From Epithemia pelagica (lineage: Eukaryota > Protista > Bacillariophyta), in NCBI GenBank assembly GCA_946965045.2, contig OX337232.1, positions 3,658,001 to 3,722,000 on the forward strand: a stretch of DNA of 64,000 nt, in the 5' to 3' direction. Position numbers and translations under genes: made by a program. The notes under the pieces are model-generated. The model saw only the letters and a list, made by a program, of their open reading frames with translations, made no database searches and was not told the origin of the DNA. Of the stretch, positions 11,844 to 23,247 are shown piece after piece (the first letter of the stretch is position 1; every line of letters starts with the position of its first letter).

Positions 11844-14096
11844 ATGTCGAACTTTGATCAATTTCTGTCCATGCTCAATGGGGAGTCTGGCCCTGGCTTT
11901 GCAAAACTCTCAGATAGAGAGACACTGAAGTATACCCTTCACTCATTTCTCGATGTCCAACCAAAAGAGGTGCTGTCTCCGGAAGATGGGTTGAAAGTCA
12001 TTGTGAAATTGGTCGATCTGTATCCGGACGTTTTAATGCTACACGATCGATCAGGAAATCTGCCCATTCATTACCTTTGTGATAGCTACAAAGATAAACG
12101 CGCCATTGAGTGTTTTTCTCTTGTTCGGCCTGCTTGTCTATCAAAATCCAACCACCAAGGGCAACTACCCATTCACCGAATTTGTTCCTCGGGGCTCAAG
12201 TCGGATCCAGAACGAGAAGGTGCCCAACTGATTTTGGACTTGTATCATCAGGGTGCCAAAACGACGGATGCTTGTGGTAATTTACCGGTGCATCTCGTGG
12301 CCTGTACGACAGGGAACGAACAACTCTTGACAAAGCTTCACGCCCTCTATCCAGAGGGCTTTTTGCAAAAGAACAAGCAGGGAAAGATACCGCTTTCTCT
12401 GTGTTGCGGAAGCGATGAAATGTTTTGCAGAATGGTGGAACTGTGTCCGGCAAGTCTTTTGGGCCCTTGCGACCAATCCAGTGCACCATTTGGGCCCTTT
12501 CTCGATTCTGTTATGGGTCGAATGAAAGTACCGCGCCCCCAAACTTACTTTCTTCGAAATGTCTTTTGTCATGCCATCCAGCCGTTCGTCTCGTGTAAGA
12601 TAGCTTTTCAAGAACACAAAGCCCTACTGGATCAGCTGAAAAAGGCTCAGACGAAGGATAAAGCACAAGCAAAAACATTGAGGGCCGAAAACAAGAAGTT
12701 GAAGAGTGAGCTGGAAGTTTGTCAGAAAGAAATAAAGGAACTCAAGGACCAGCAGGATCAACGTGCAAGGGCTCTTGAGAACAAGGAAAAGGAGGTCCAA
12801 CAAGCTCTGGATCAAACCAAGCAGTTGCGAAAGATGCTAGAAGTTCAAAAAGCGGCTCTTGTGAACAAGGAAAAGCAGGCCCAACAAACTTTGGGTCAAA
12901 ACATGCAATTGAAAAAGTCATTAGAAGTTCTACAGGAACAAAATCTTAAATTGGATGAACGGGCCAAGTCATGCGAAAGGGATGTTAAAGAGAAAGAAGC
13001 ACAGCTAAAACAGATTTCTCACAAGAACGCCAGTGAGGTGGATGTTCTCCGCAAGAAGAACAAAGAGTTGGAGAATGTGATAGAGGCGAGTCAACAAGAA
13101 GACCAAAAGACGTTGCAAAGCGTTCGTAATGAAAACAAACGAATTCGGGATGAGTATGAAGTTTACCGACAGAAAAGTCGCGACGATTTTGCCAACATTA
13201 AAGCAAAATTTGAAGCGCAGGTAAAACAGATTACGGGCAATACCAAGGTGTTGGAAAGTGAGCTAGATGTTTTGAGGAAGAAGAATAAGGAGCTCGAGGA
13301 GGGAAAAGAGAATGAACTAATACGAAGAGAAAACGAAAAACGAACTTTGCAGAGCGCTCGTGATGAAAACAAACGAGTTCAGGATGAATATGAAGCTTAC
13401 CGAAAGAAAAGTCGAGACGAATTTGCCAACATGAAAACGAAATTTGAAGCACAGATAAAACAGATAATGGGCAAGACCAAGGTGTTGGAAAGCGAGCTAG
13501 ACGCTATGTTGAAGAAGAATAAGGTGCTCGAGGAGATGGAAAGGGAGAATGAACTACGAAGAGAAAACGAAAAAAGGACTTTACAGAGCGCCCGTGATGA
13601 AAACAAACGAGTTCGGGATGAGTATGAAGCTTACCGAAAGAAAACTCGTGAAGAGTTTGCACGTAGATTTCAGGATCATCAACATGCACAGCGACAAGTG
13701 ATTGAAGAGGGACGCAAATTAGATGGGGTGTTGATTGGCATGCTCGACCATTCGTCCAACGAGAAAACACCTCTATTGCCTATGAAGGCGATGAAAGCAT
13801 TTGCAGAGTCCTTGCACAAGCGGACAGATCTTTTGGAAGCACAAAGAGGCTCACACAACGGGAAGGCACGATGCAAGGTCGCGATCATGTTTGACACGTT
13901 CATGGCCAGTCCCAATTTGAGCCGGTCGTCTCTCACCGAATTTATCCACTGTTCGCACCAGGAACTGGAAGAAACCTTGGAAAATTATATGCAGCTATCT
14001 GCCAGGACTCCGCAACCTTGTGAGGTATCAGATGATACAACTGAGACGAGACCGGCAAAGCGCCATCGGATTTCATTGGAAACAAGCGACTCATGA
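11844..14096 (+). CDS. Ankyrin-like repeat / coiled-coil protein, paralog 2 (750 aa)
   Basis: Same ankyrin-like repeats and C-terminal motif (PLLPMKAMKAFAESLHKR…MFDTFMASPNLSRSSL). Three internal ~78-aa repeats (TLQS.R.ENKR..DEYE.YR.K.R) at ~13107, 13341 and 13575. Confidence 0.85.
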   Translation: MSNFDQFLSMLNGESGPGFAKLSDRETLKYTLHSFLDVQPKEVLSPEDGLKVIVKLVDLYPDVLMLHDRSGNLPIHYLCDSYKDKRAIECFSLVRPACLSKSNHQGQLPIHRICSSGLKSDPEREGAQLILDLYHQGAKTTDACGNLPVHLVACTTGNEQLLTKLHALYPEGFLQKNKQGKIPLSLCCGSDEMFCRMVELCPASLLGPCDQSSAPFGPFLDSVMGRMKVPRPQTYFLRNVFCHAIQPFVSCKIAFQEHKALLDQLKKAQTKDKAQAKTLRAENKKLKSELEVCQKEIKELKDQQDQRARALENKEKEVQQALDQTKQLRKMLEVQKAALVNKEKQAQQTLGQNMQLKKSLEVLQEQNLKLDERAKSCERDVKEKEAQLKQISHKNASEVDVLRKKNKELENVIEASQQEDQKTLQSVRNENKRIRDEYEVYRQKSRDDFANIKAKFEAQVKQITGNTKVLESELDVLRKKNKELEEGKENELIRRENEKRTLQSARDENKRVQDEYEAYRKKSRDEFANMKTKFEAQIKQIMGKTKVLESELDAMLKKNKVLEEMERENELRRENEKRTLQSARDENKRVRDEYEAYRKKTREEFARRFQDHQHAQRQVIEEGRKLDGVLIGMLDHSSNEKTPLLPMKAMKAFAESLHKRTDLLEAQRGSHNGKARCKVAIMFDTFMASPNLSRSSLTEFIHCSHQELEETLENYMQLSARTPQPCEVSDDTTETRPAKRHRISLETSDS

Positions 14097-14394
14097 GTGT
14101 GAGGAGCTTTACGGTCATCATGGCTTGTGTATTTCAAAATCGTTGCGATGCAACAGAAGAAGACGCCGTTTAGTGTGGTTGTTTCGTGGTTGAAAAGCGC
14201 CTTATTAGTTAGTAAAAAGAACTGGATTAACTCCTCGTCCAATCATACATCATTGCTATATTACTATTACTATTACCAGCATGGTTGCTGCAGAGATGTG
14301 CAGCATCTATGAAAACATTTCAAGAAACAAAAAGGTTGTTTGTTGGAGTACGTGTGATTGCCACTCTATCGATCACAAAGATCGTCCCATCCTC

Positions 14395-14575
14395 CATTTT
14401 CGGGTCATCGTCGTCGTCCTCCTCGTTGGAACCCTTCCATACCGAAAACAAGGCATGCTCATCGACTCCTTCTCGTCGTGATTGGGACGAATCCGGTTTA
14501 CGACGGTTGCCTTGTCTTGGTCGTCGTCGTCGTCGTCGCCGTCCAAATTTGAACAAGAAACGTTTCATGGAACGG
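14395..14575 (-). pseudogene. Internal fragment of the HCF173-like gene
   Basis: LFKFGRRR…GNRRKPDSSQSRR…VDEHALFSVWKGS here matches LFKFGRRR…GNRREPDSSQSRR…VDDHALFSVWTGS at ~18330-18490. Confidence 0.8.
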
Positions 14576-15090
14576 AGAGCTCTGGAAATGATCCATTCTA
14601 TCAAGCCAAGGCAGAGACGTTGCATTTGTTTCAACTCCGAGGGAGCTGACACGACGAAACACGGGCGTTGCTTGTGCAGTGCGATTTGCTGTCAGTTCGA
14701 GATTTGTGGGAAGTCCCTATTATTCTTGACAGACACAGTCGCCCACCGCGGCGCCGTACAGCGAGCATACATCGTCATAGTAACGCGCACGTGTCTGTGA
14801 CGTGGCCGACTTCAGCGACAGTCGAGGTGCGACCGACACCTGCGTGGAACACATAGTGCGAGCAGTTGCGAGCATCGATTGTGGTCCCGCGGCTTTTAAC
14901 GAATCAAAAGCTTCGCTAGGTAATTGGATAACGGGGAACGCAGAGTGGATGAAAAGCGAGGTGAGAACAAGAGCTCACTCTTCTCAGGCCGAGAATCCCT
15001 GCAACGACAACTCAAGGCGGGCATTGCCATAGCCCACGGTGGTGATCCATCTTCTCCTACTCTTCTCCTGACAAAACTATTACAGCAGTC

Positions 15091-16338
15091 ATGCCGAACA
15101 TTGGCATTAATGATTTCCTGCCGGTCAACGAGGGGGCATCTGGTACTGTCAATCCAGAGCTGAAGCACTTTGTTCTTCATCAAACACTCGTGAATCATTC
15201 AAGCGAGTACTTGTCCTCAGATGCGGGTTTCCGGGAAATTTCCAAGTTGGTCAAGTCTGACCCAGCAGTACTGATGCGGCAGGATCGCCATGGAAATTTG
15301 CCCATTCATTACCTTTGCTGTCGTTGCACAGATAAACGAGCGTTTCAGCTTTTTCATGACGTGAACTCGACCTGTTTTTCGATCAAAAACAAACAGTCGC
15401 AACTACCTATTCACCTAATTTGTTCCTCGTCCCCGCGTGAACGAGAATGTGCTCAACTGATTTTAAGCGCGTATCCGCAGGGAGCTCACCAGCTGACTGA
15501 TGAGTCCTCTCGTCGTAATGCAACGATGGACCGACGAAAAAAGGCTAGTACGGAAAAAGACAAGAATAAGAAATTGGAGAGTCAGTTAGGATTCCTGCGA
15601 AAACAAAATACAGAGTTGCAGCGAAAGGTCAAGCTATTTGAAAGGGATGTTAAAGAGAAAGAAATGCAGCTAAAACAAATGTCTGACAAGAAGAACACCA
15701 GTGAGTTGGATGTTCTCCGCAAGAAGAACAAGGAGTTGGAGGTTGTGATAGAGGCGAGTCAACGAGAAAAAGAAAGAGACCAAAAGACTTTGCAAGGCGC
15801 TCCTGACGAAAACAAACGAGTTCGGTGTGAGTATGATGCTAACCGAAAGAAAAGTCGCGACGAATTTGCGCACAGGGCAGAGACGTTCCAAGTTGTGCAA
15901 AAAGCACAACGAGAAGTGATTGAAGCAGGGCGCAAATTAGATAAAGTGTTGATCGGCATGCTTGACGGCCACTCTGCCGACGACAATCCTCCACTACTCC
16001 CTATCAAGGCGATGAAAGCATTTGCAGAGTCCTTGCACAAACGGACAGAACTTTTGGAAGCACAGAGTGACTCGCAAAAGCCGAAGCAACGATCCAAGAC
16101 TGAGATTATGTTTGACATGTTCATGGCCAGTCCCAATCTGAGCCGGTCGTCTCTCGCCGAATTCATCCATTGTTCGCACCAGGTACTGGAAGAAACCTTG
16201 GAAAAGAATGGCAGGACTTTGTCAACTTCCACCGCCAACAACGACGATGATTTGATGAGCACCGATGTATCAGATGAAACAACTGAGGCGAGATCGTCAA
16301 AGCGTGCTCGGGTTTCATTGGAAACAAGCGACTCATGA
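15091..16338 (+). CDS. Ankyrin-like repeat / coiled-coil protein, paralog 3 (415 aa, internally shortened)
   Basis: Two ankyrin-like repeats, then a jump to the coiled coil. The C-terminus (SLETSDS*) and ~250 bp of 3' flank are highly similar to paralog 2. Confidence 0.8.
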   Translation: MPNIGINDFLPVNEGASGTVNPELKHFVLHQTLVNHSSEYLSSDAGFREISKLVKSDPAVLMRQDRHGNLPIHYLCCRCTDKRAFQLFHDVNSTCFSIKNKQSQLPIHLICSSSPRERECAQLILSAYPQGAHQLTDESSRRNATMDRRKKASTEKDKNKKLESQLGFLRKQNTELQRKVKLFERDVKEKEMQLKQMSDKKNTSELDVLRKKNKELEVVIEASQREKERDQKTLQGAPDENKRVRCEYDANRKKSRDEFAHRAETFQVVQKAQREVIEAGRKLDKVLIGMLDGHSADDNPPLLPIKAMKAFAESLHKRTELLEAQSDSQKPKQRSKTEIMFDMFMASPNLSRSSLAEFIHCSHQVLEETLEKNGRTLSTSTANNDDDLMSTDVSDETTEARSSKRARVSLETSDS

Positions 16339-16638
16339 GTGTGAGGAGCTTAACGGTCATTGTGGCTTGTGTATTCGAAAATCGTTGCGATACAACAGAA
16401 GACGCCGTTTAGCGTGTTTGTTTCGTGGTTGAAAACGCCTTATTTGTTGGTAAAAAGAACTGGATTAACTCCTCGTCCAATCACACATAATATCTCTATT
16501 ACTATTACCAGCATGGTTCCTGCAGAGAAACAAAAAGGTCGTTTGTTGGTGTACGTGTGATTGCCACTCTCTCACGAAGGTCGTCCCGGGCAATACATGC
16601 TTGGCACTCTCCCGACTCCATCCATCACACAGTCATAA

Positions 16639-19600
16639 CTAAGAAGTGACGGAATCGGGTGGCAGAGACTTGAATTGGTCTGCCAACTGCTGATCCGTAT
16701 CCACTGACAAGGATTCTCCTAGTCCTCTGCCCGATGACGCCGTCGTGTGTTGTTTGGGTCGAATATAAAACGACTTGTTCAGGGCATTGGGATCCAATAG
16801 GGCACTGACACAGACTTGTGCCACTTGATCGTGCGTGACAGCTACCTTGTCATGCGGCGTTTGAGGTAACAAGGGACTGGCTGACAGTTCAATTCCTTCC
16901 AGAGATGCACGAGCAGCCTCGACTTGATCCTCCTCTCCATAGTAACTAGGAATCCGTACCACGGCATAGGCCAGTCCACTCTTTTTCAAAATGTCTTCTT
17001 CCATATATTTGTAATACAAGCCACGTTCCTGTGACGAGCTTGTTTCCCCATTCACAGTGCCATCAGCATTTGCCAAAGGGACATGATCTTGGTCGTTGTA
17101 CTCATGCTGCTCTTCAGTGATAGACTCCCCTTTGCTATCTTCCAGTGCAATGGCTCTGGTTTCAGCACCCAATCTTCCTGATGCACTGTCGAGGCTTTGG
17201 TGCGAGGTTGTACTTGAGGACATATGCTCTGTCTTACCCTCCTTCTGTGAGTTAGAACGGTCATTTCGATCAAGATTCGTTGGCACGACAAGCCGTTTTT
17301 CCTCATGTCGAATCATGTCAGGAGACACCTTGGGTGGAATGCGCGCATCGCTGACATGTACAAATTCCGGTTCCGGTTGCAATCGGTACAATTTAATATA
17401 GGTAAAGGCCAAATAAAAGGATTTCTCCGGCACTTGTGGGTCATTGCCAAACACTTTGTTGTAATCATAGTTGCTGTACCCATAGTAGGAATTGGAACTC
17501 AATCGGTGCAACAATCGTGATGTGTCGGTCGCAGATGTATCTCCATCAGTGTTGCTACTGCTCGCTGGTGGAACAAGGTCCAGTGGTAGATTGCTAGCTG
17601 TCTGAAACCGAAATCCAATATGTCGAACATCTTGTCCCACAAAGACCGGTACATCGTCCAGGGTTATGGGCTCTTCTGTCGCCGGTTCGTCATTCTCCGT
17701 GTGAGTCGGTCGCCGACAATGGACCGGTTGGAACCGTTCAAAGGGTAATCGGACCGTGATGAATTTATTTCGAGAAAACGAGACAGTTTGATTGCTTCCT
17801 GTGGTTGTTGTTGTTTGTTTCGTGACGGTGGTAAAGTTGCAGACATATTCGATTCCTCTGGTATCGTACAAACCGGTCCGGCATATGGCTTGGTAGGTGC
17901 CACCATCGGAACAGACCCGCAAGATAAAGCCACCAAATTGAGCCTTGGCCAAATCAATGCCTTGATCGGGTGCATCGCGGGACCGCAATCGACTGCTGAA
18001 AATGGCTGCTTGGGAATAGCGTGCCTGATTGGATGATGATGATGATGATGATGATGGCGGAAGAAGCACGGGCAACCGACCGACAAAGACACCATGATCA
18101 AACTTGTTGCGCATCCACTGTACTTGTCCCAATTGCGACGACGACGAAGATGATGAGATTGATGCTTTGTTGATTGATGTAGAGACAGCAGTGTCATTGA
18201 ATTCGGACCAGGAAGAGTCCGTTTCGTTATACGAATCGTTTGCATAATCCTCCACATCTTTGTACTTCTTTTTGTACATGAACTCCTCCTCCGTCTCGTC
18301 ATCCTCGTCTTTTCTGGTAGTACCATCCTCCATGTTCGGGTCATCGTCGTCCTCGTCGTCGGAACCCGTCCATACCGAAAACAAGGCATGATCATCGACT
18401 CCTCGTCCTCCTCGTCGTGATTGGGATGAATCTGGTTCACGGCGGTTGCCTTGTAGTGGTTGTCGTCGTCGTCCAAATTTGAACAAGGTTCGTTTGGCCG
18501 CTTGACTGGTCCCATAATCGGCATGTCGGACCGTTTGATAGGCTTGAATCAAATTTTGCAAACCTTGCCAAGAATCCTTGGCACGACTCGTTGTTGTCGT
18601 TGTCGTCCCATTTTGAGTTGTGGTTGTGGTGGTATAATAGACAATCTTGTCCACATCTGTCACGGCCAATTCCAAACTTTCCAGGTCACTGTGCAACCGT
18701 CCCGCCGGACTGTACGTGACACCCGTCCCATATTGGGACAAGGTACGAGTGTACAAGTCCGGTACCAAGACGCGGACACAAAATTCGCCCTGCAATCCTC
18801 GCAACAAGCGTTGCACGAGGAGTGGACCCAAGACATTCTGGTTGTGATCGTTGTTGTTGTTGTCGTGTAGATTGCCACAAACCACCAGCACTTCGGGGAC
18901 ATAATCATCATCCTCTTCTTCTTCGTCCTCATCAGTGTCCGTGTCCGTTTCGTCCCACCAAGACGACGATGATTTGGACGAGGAACGGGACGACGACGAC
19001 GACAAGCGATCTTCCAAATAATAGAGGGAATCTCGCAGGGTGTGCGAAGTTCGCGTCGTGGGTGGAAAGGTCGACCAGGCCGTATCCATGGTCCGTCGCA
19101 ATTGTTGACCGGCTTCAAAGGGATTGAGCCACAAGTTGTTATTCGTATTGGACGGAGATGGTTGGACCGTTCGTGTCGTCGTTGTAGACGGTGTCGTGGC
19201 CTGGGTTTGATTGGATTTTGTAGTACTTTTCCATGGTCGTTTCTTTGAGTTATAGCTATTCTTGTGGTTGTTGTTTTTGTTGGAGAGTTTGCGACCCTTC
19301 ACTTGTTGTTGCAAGGATGCCATGGAAGCACCGACGGCCTGGACCAGTTGCGCCTTTTTCTTGTCTTGTTGTTCTTGTTGTACAGAATCAAAAGTAGTCG
19401 CATTGGTTTGTAATTGTTGTTGTTGCTTTTCTTTTTTTCTCTTGAGACGTTGATTGCGATGATAATAATACGAGGCCGTCGAGGACGATGGTGGAGCCTT
19501 TTTGCGATTGGTATCTCGAGAATTGGGCGAAGCCGAAGAGGATGGTGGTTGTGCCCCCAAGGCCGTGGTTTTGGTGGTACCCCCAAAGAAGGAGGAGGAG

Positions 19601-19727
19601 AAGAAGGAGGAGGAGAATGATACGCGTCTCGGCACACCGCCCCTGGAGAACCACGTCCGACGACGATGAATTCTACGACTACCACTGATTGGAGGACTGA
19701 ATGCAACGGTCCAATGGCGGCTCGTGG

Positions 19728-19759
<32 letters not shown>

Positions 19760-20217
19760 GGAGTGGCATGAACCACTGTTGTTGTACGAGTGCTTCTTCT
19801 GGTGGTCCGGAACGAAGAGTCGTCATTGGCATCCAGTATCATTGTCATTCTATTTGGTGCAACGAAAAAGAGGAGGAGGAGGAGAAACATGCCACGAAGC
19901 ATTCGTGTCGTCGTTGCAGCTGCCGTAGTATACTGGAGAGTGGATGGTCGTTGTGCTACCTCCTGTCGTCGTCGTCGTTCTCGTCGAGAGGATTCATTTG
20001 GTGATGGTGGTTCTGGGTAGGATGGATGCATTTCCTGTGGTTCTGCTGATTCTTCTTGAGAGAATTCTCGAATGGTTCCGACGACACCAAAGCGGCTGAA
20101 AGAACAATTTGATATTTTTGTTTGTTGGCACAAACCCAAAACGACCACCACTTGGACGGGTCGTTGCTTCGTTGTCTTCCTCTTCTTGGTTTGTAACCAA
20201 GGGACAATCCACCACAA
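16639..20217 (-). CDS. HCF173-like NAD(P)-binding (NmrA/SDR-like) protein with inserted CIA30 domain
   Basis: N-terminal Rossmann half (PEVLVVCG…LGPLLVQRL…VRVLVPDLY…AVTDVDKIV), CIA30-like region (QWMRNKFDHGVFVG…FGGFILRVCSDGGTYQAICRT…FITVRLPFERF) and C-terminal half (YKYMEEDILKKSGLAYAVVR…VAQVCVSALLDPNALNKSFY). The true start is probably ATG 20031 or 19902 (signal-like MLRGMFLLLLLFFV). Confidence 0.7.
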
Positions 20218-21080
20218 GGGTCTTTTATTCCATGTATATATAGGACGAGCACGATGATGATGATATGATGATTATGAGTTGTCGTTTTTTTTTCTCTATT
20301 ACAGATTCTCTGTCGGATTCTCTGGGACCAATCATATAAACGCGACTAAAAGACGTCTCGCCCTTCATTCCCAGCGTCTGTCCATCCCCCTTTCCAAGCT
20401 ACCCGTTCTACTTGTAACCTAGTGATACCTCTAGCTAGGAGTACTCCTAGTACAAGCTGAGTTCAGACAGAATGTTCCTGACGTAGCGCTCCAGTAGGAA
20501 ATCTACGTAATCCGCGCGAGCCATCCCCTTAATATAGCCCTTTTATTTATGCCTCTACCGTTCTACCAAAAATTGACCATGGTGAACGGTCCTTTTGACC
20601 GATCTCTTGCCAAATAGGAGACGGCTCCATGATCCCATGCTCTGAACCTCTTCTCCATTCATGGGTTGAGCATGGAGAACGATGTCGGCGCTGCATTCGT
20701 TTTGTAGGTGTCGTTTTATCTAGTTGAAGGTGGTCGCCGCGCGATTTACTACGGCGACTCACGGCAAAACTTGGTGCAACCAATGCACCTCTATTGTAGA
20801 ATCGAATGATAGAAGATAGAACAAAGACTATGAACACTTGTAGCGTTGTTCACGTCAAAAATTGATATTCTTCTCGTTAGATATATGGAACTTAGACTAG
20901 AAGTTGCGTCGTTCACAACAAAGATTGATGTTCTTTTCTTTGTTGTGACTCACACAGCCGTACCTGAACGCAATGTATTGTACGGTAAACGTAACACAAC
21001 TGTAGAATTAGATCGTATTCATAGAGAATGAAGATCCTACTCAAATGATAATCATAAAACGCTGCTACATTGTTCACTAT

Positions 21081-21653
21081 CTAGGCTTGTTGATGATTAA
21101 AGAAGAGATTTTGAAGCGGGTGCTTGAGCATCATCGCACCAAGCGAAATGTTGAAGCGATCCATATCCTTGCTGCCCATGTAGATTGTAACGACCTGGGG
21201 TTCCATGCAGGCTTTAGGGTTGATGGAGCAGCGTGTGTAGAGGCGGATGCGTCCCATGGGAGGTCCGTTCTTGCTCGTCTTTCCAGAGACCTGGTCCAGG
21301 TGCGACAGAGCAATGAACCCAACTGGAACAACCAACGCTGGTTCCTCATGCTCGCTTGTTGCATCCCGGTCAAAGACTGCAATCCGTAGGTAGTCGGTCG
21401 CAAGCTCCCGCTGCACAAGCAGATGGCCACGGTCGACGATGTTGTGGCCAGTGTCCTTGTTTCTCGACATGGGCCCGATGAGCGCGCAAACATCGCTGGC
21501 ATAAAAGCACGACTTGAACGGGAGACCAGCACCACCCTCACGGCCATCCTCTTCGTTGAACTCGAACTTCGTCCTCATGTTGGTCATCTTGTTTCTTCTT
21601 CCTTGCCTCTTCCTGTCGTCTCTGTTTGATTGTTCCATTGCACGGCGGGTCAT
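21081..21653 (-). CDS. Hypothetical protein (cargo A, 190 aa)
   Basis: ATG-started ORF with GC3-rich codons (LVQRELATDYLRIAVFDRDA…). Divergent from cargo B. No recognised domain. Confidence 0.4.
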   Translation of the reverse strand: MTRRAMEQSNRDDRKRQGRRNKMTNMRTKFEFNEEDGREGGAGLPFKSCFYASDVCALIGPMSRNKDTGHNIVDRGHLLVQRELATDYLRIAVFDRDATSEHEEPALVVPVGFIALSHLDQVSGKTSKNGPPMGRIRLYTRCSINPKACMEPQVVTIYMGSKDMDRFNISLGAMMLKHPLQNLFFNHQQA

Positions 21654-21824
21654 TCGGAAGTTGCTTCATGCTGCAAGTTGATTTTGTGGCGCGCGCCGAT
21701 ATTGTTCACGAATGAGCGCGGGGGGATTCCCTAGATGACACAAGAACGGAGAGCGGGCAACAATCAAACAAACAAACACAACAATCAAACGAACGAATCC
21801 CTATTGTGTTCTCACTTTCCAACG

Positions 21825-22722
21825 ATGCGCCAGACGCGTAGTGCTACCAAACGAGCTGAGTCTGCGAAGAAGGAGCAGGAGGACTCCGCCGCAGCTCCCT
21901 CCACAACCGCATTTCCCTCCGACAAGGGAAACAAGGCAAACAAGAAAATGAAGACAAAGACGGCCGTGGACAACAAAACGTCGAAGAAGAAGAAGACGAC
22001 GACGACGAAGTCTCCCGCTTCGACAAAGAAGCATGTGACCTTCAACCTTGAGGGTCCTTCGTCGTGGCACGAGCGCGCAAAACAGTGGCAACTCACCATT
22101 GGGGATGAAGATGGTATCCCAGTGTTCTTCGTCAGCAACAAGGACGTCGAATGCGCTAACCTGTCGGATATCGCGGCAGAGCTCCTTGCGATCGAGGCTG
22201 TCGGCAAAGAAGGTAAGTTTGATTGTTCATTGTTGGTTTTGAGTCTCCCTTTCTCACGACGCGCCCTCTGCTGCCACAGACACCAAACCCAACAGCAAGC
22301 CCGACAACAAGCCCGACAGCAAGCCCGAGAAGGAGATCAAGAAGGAGGACGACGTCGAGAACAAGACTCCAGAGTCTTATGTGACCCCGAAGAAAGTAAC
22401 TTCTTCCCCGAAGGTGGCGTCTCGAGCTTTCGCACTGACCCCCTCCCAGAAGCATGCTTTCCAGCGTCGGATTGCTGAGGAACAGGTGAAGGAAAGTGGA
22501 GCGACAGACCCTCGCCAGACTTTGAATGAGTCGCTGGCATTGGGAGAAAACATCCCGTCGTCTCCTCCTTTGTTCTTTAGCAATCCTTCCCGTGCATACC
22601 GGACATCCATTGATTCGTATGCCGATGATGGATTTCTCGAGACCCAAGAAGACTTCATCGGTACGCAGCAAAACGGGCTTTTTGGTCCCGATTACTTGGA
22701 TCATGAGGACGAGGCGTACTAG
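21825..22722 (+). CDS. Lys-rich hypothetical protein (cargo B), 2 exons
   Basis: ATG at 21825 (MRQTRSATKRAESAKK…). Intron 22213-22279 (GTAAGT…CACAG, 67 nt) joins in frame to DTKPNSKPDNKPDSKPEKEIKK…DHEDEAY*. Confidence 0.65.
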
Positions 22723-23247
22723 ATATCTACTGATGGACGTTTTAGGTATCCTTAATCACTAAATATGAATCGATTTGTCATCATGGTACTTGTAGTGCTT
22801 CTACAGTCGTTCTTGTTGTGATTATCATTATTGTCGTCGTCCAAGTCCTCGTCATTGTCGTGGCTATCATTGTCGTCGTTGTATTGTAGTCGTCCTTGTT
22901 GTAGCTATCATCGCTCATCCCGTTTGTCCTCTTCATCATCGTTATGGTCGTGATTGTCATGGTCATCATCATCGTCGTCGTCGTCATCCAGCTTCCCAGT
23001 GTCGGTAGTTGGGTCCCGGTTTGCGGGCGCGTCTCGTATGGATGTACGAGGGAGTTCGTGATTGGTCCCAGACGAGCTATGATTCTTATCTCATATTTTG
23101 CGTTTTCGACACTTCATGGAAACAAACACGACAATGTACTAAAGTATAATATGAAGGAATAAACAATAAATCTTAATGTCATACTGCAACTCAACGTACC
23201 ATGGTATTCTTTTTCAACAATAACACACTTTCACCACGAGGAAAGAT

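Noticed and set aside
21131-21547. Overlapping Trp-rich ORF suggesting a DIRS-like overlapping gene
   Set aside because: No RT, RNase H or tyrosine-recombinase motifs. Codon bias favours the 21081-21653 frame.
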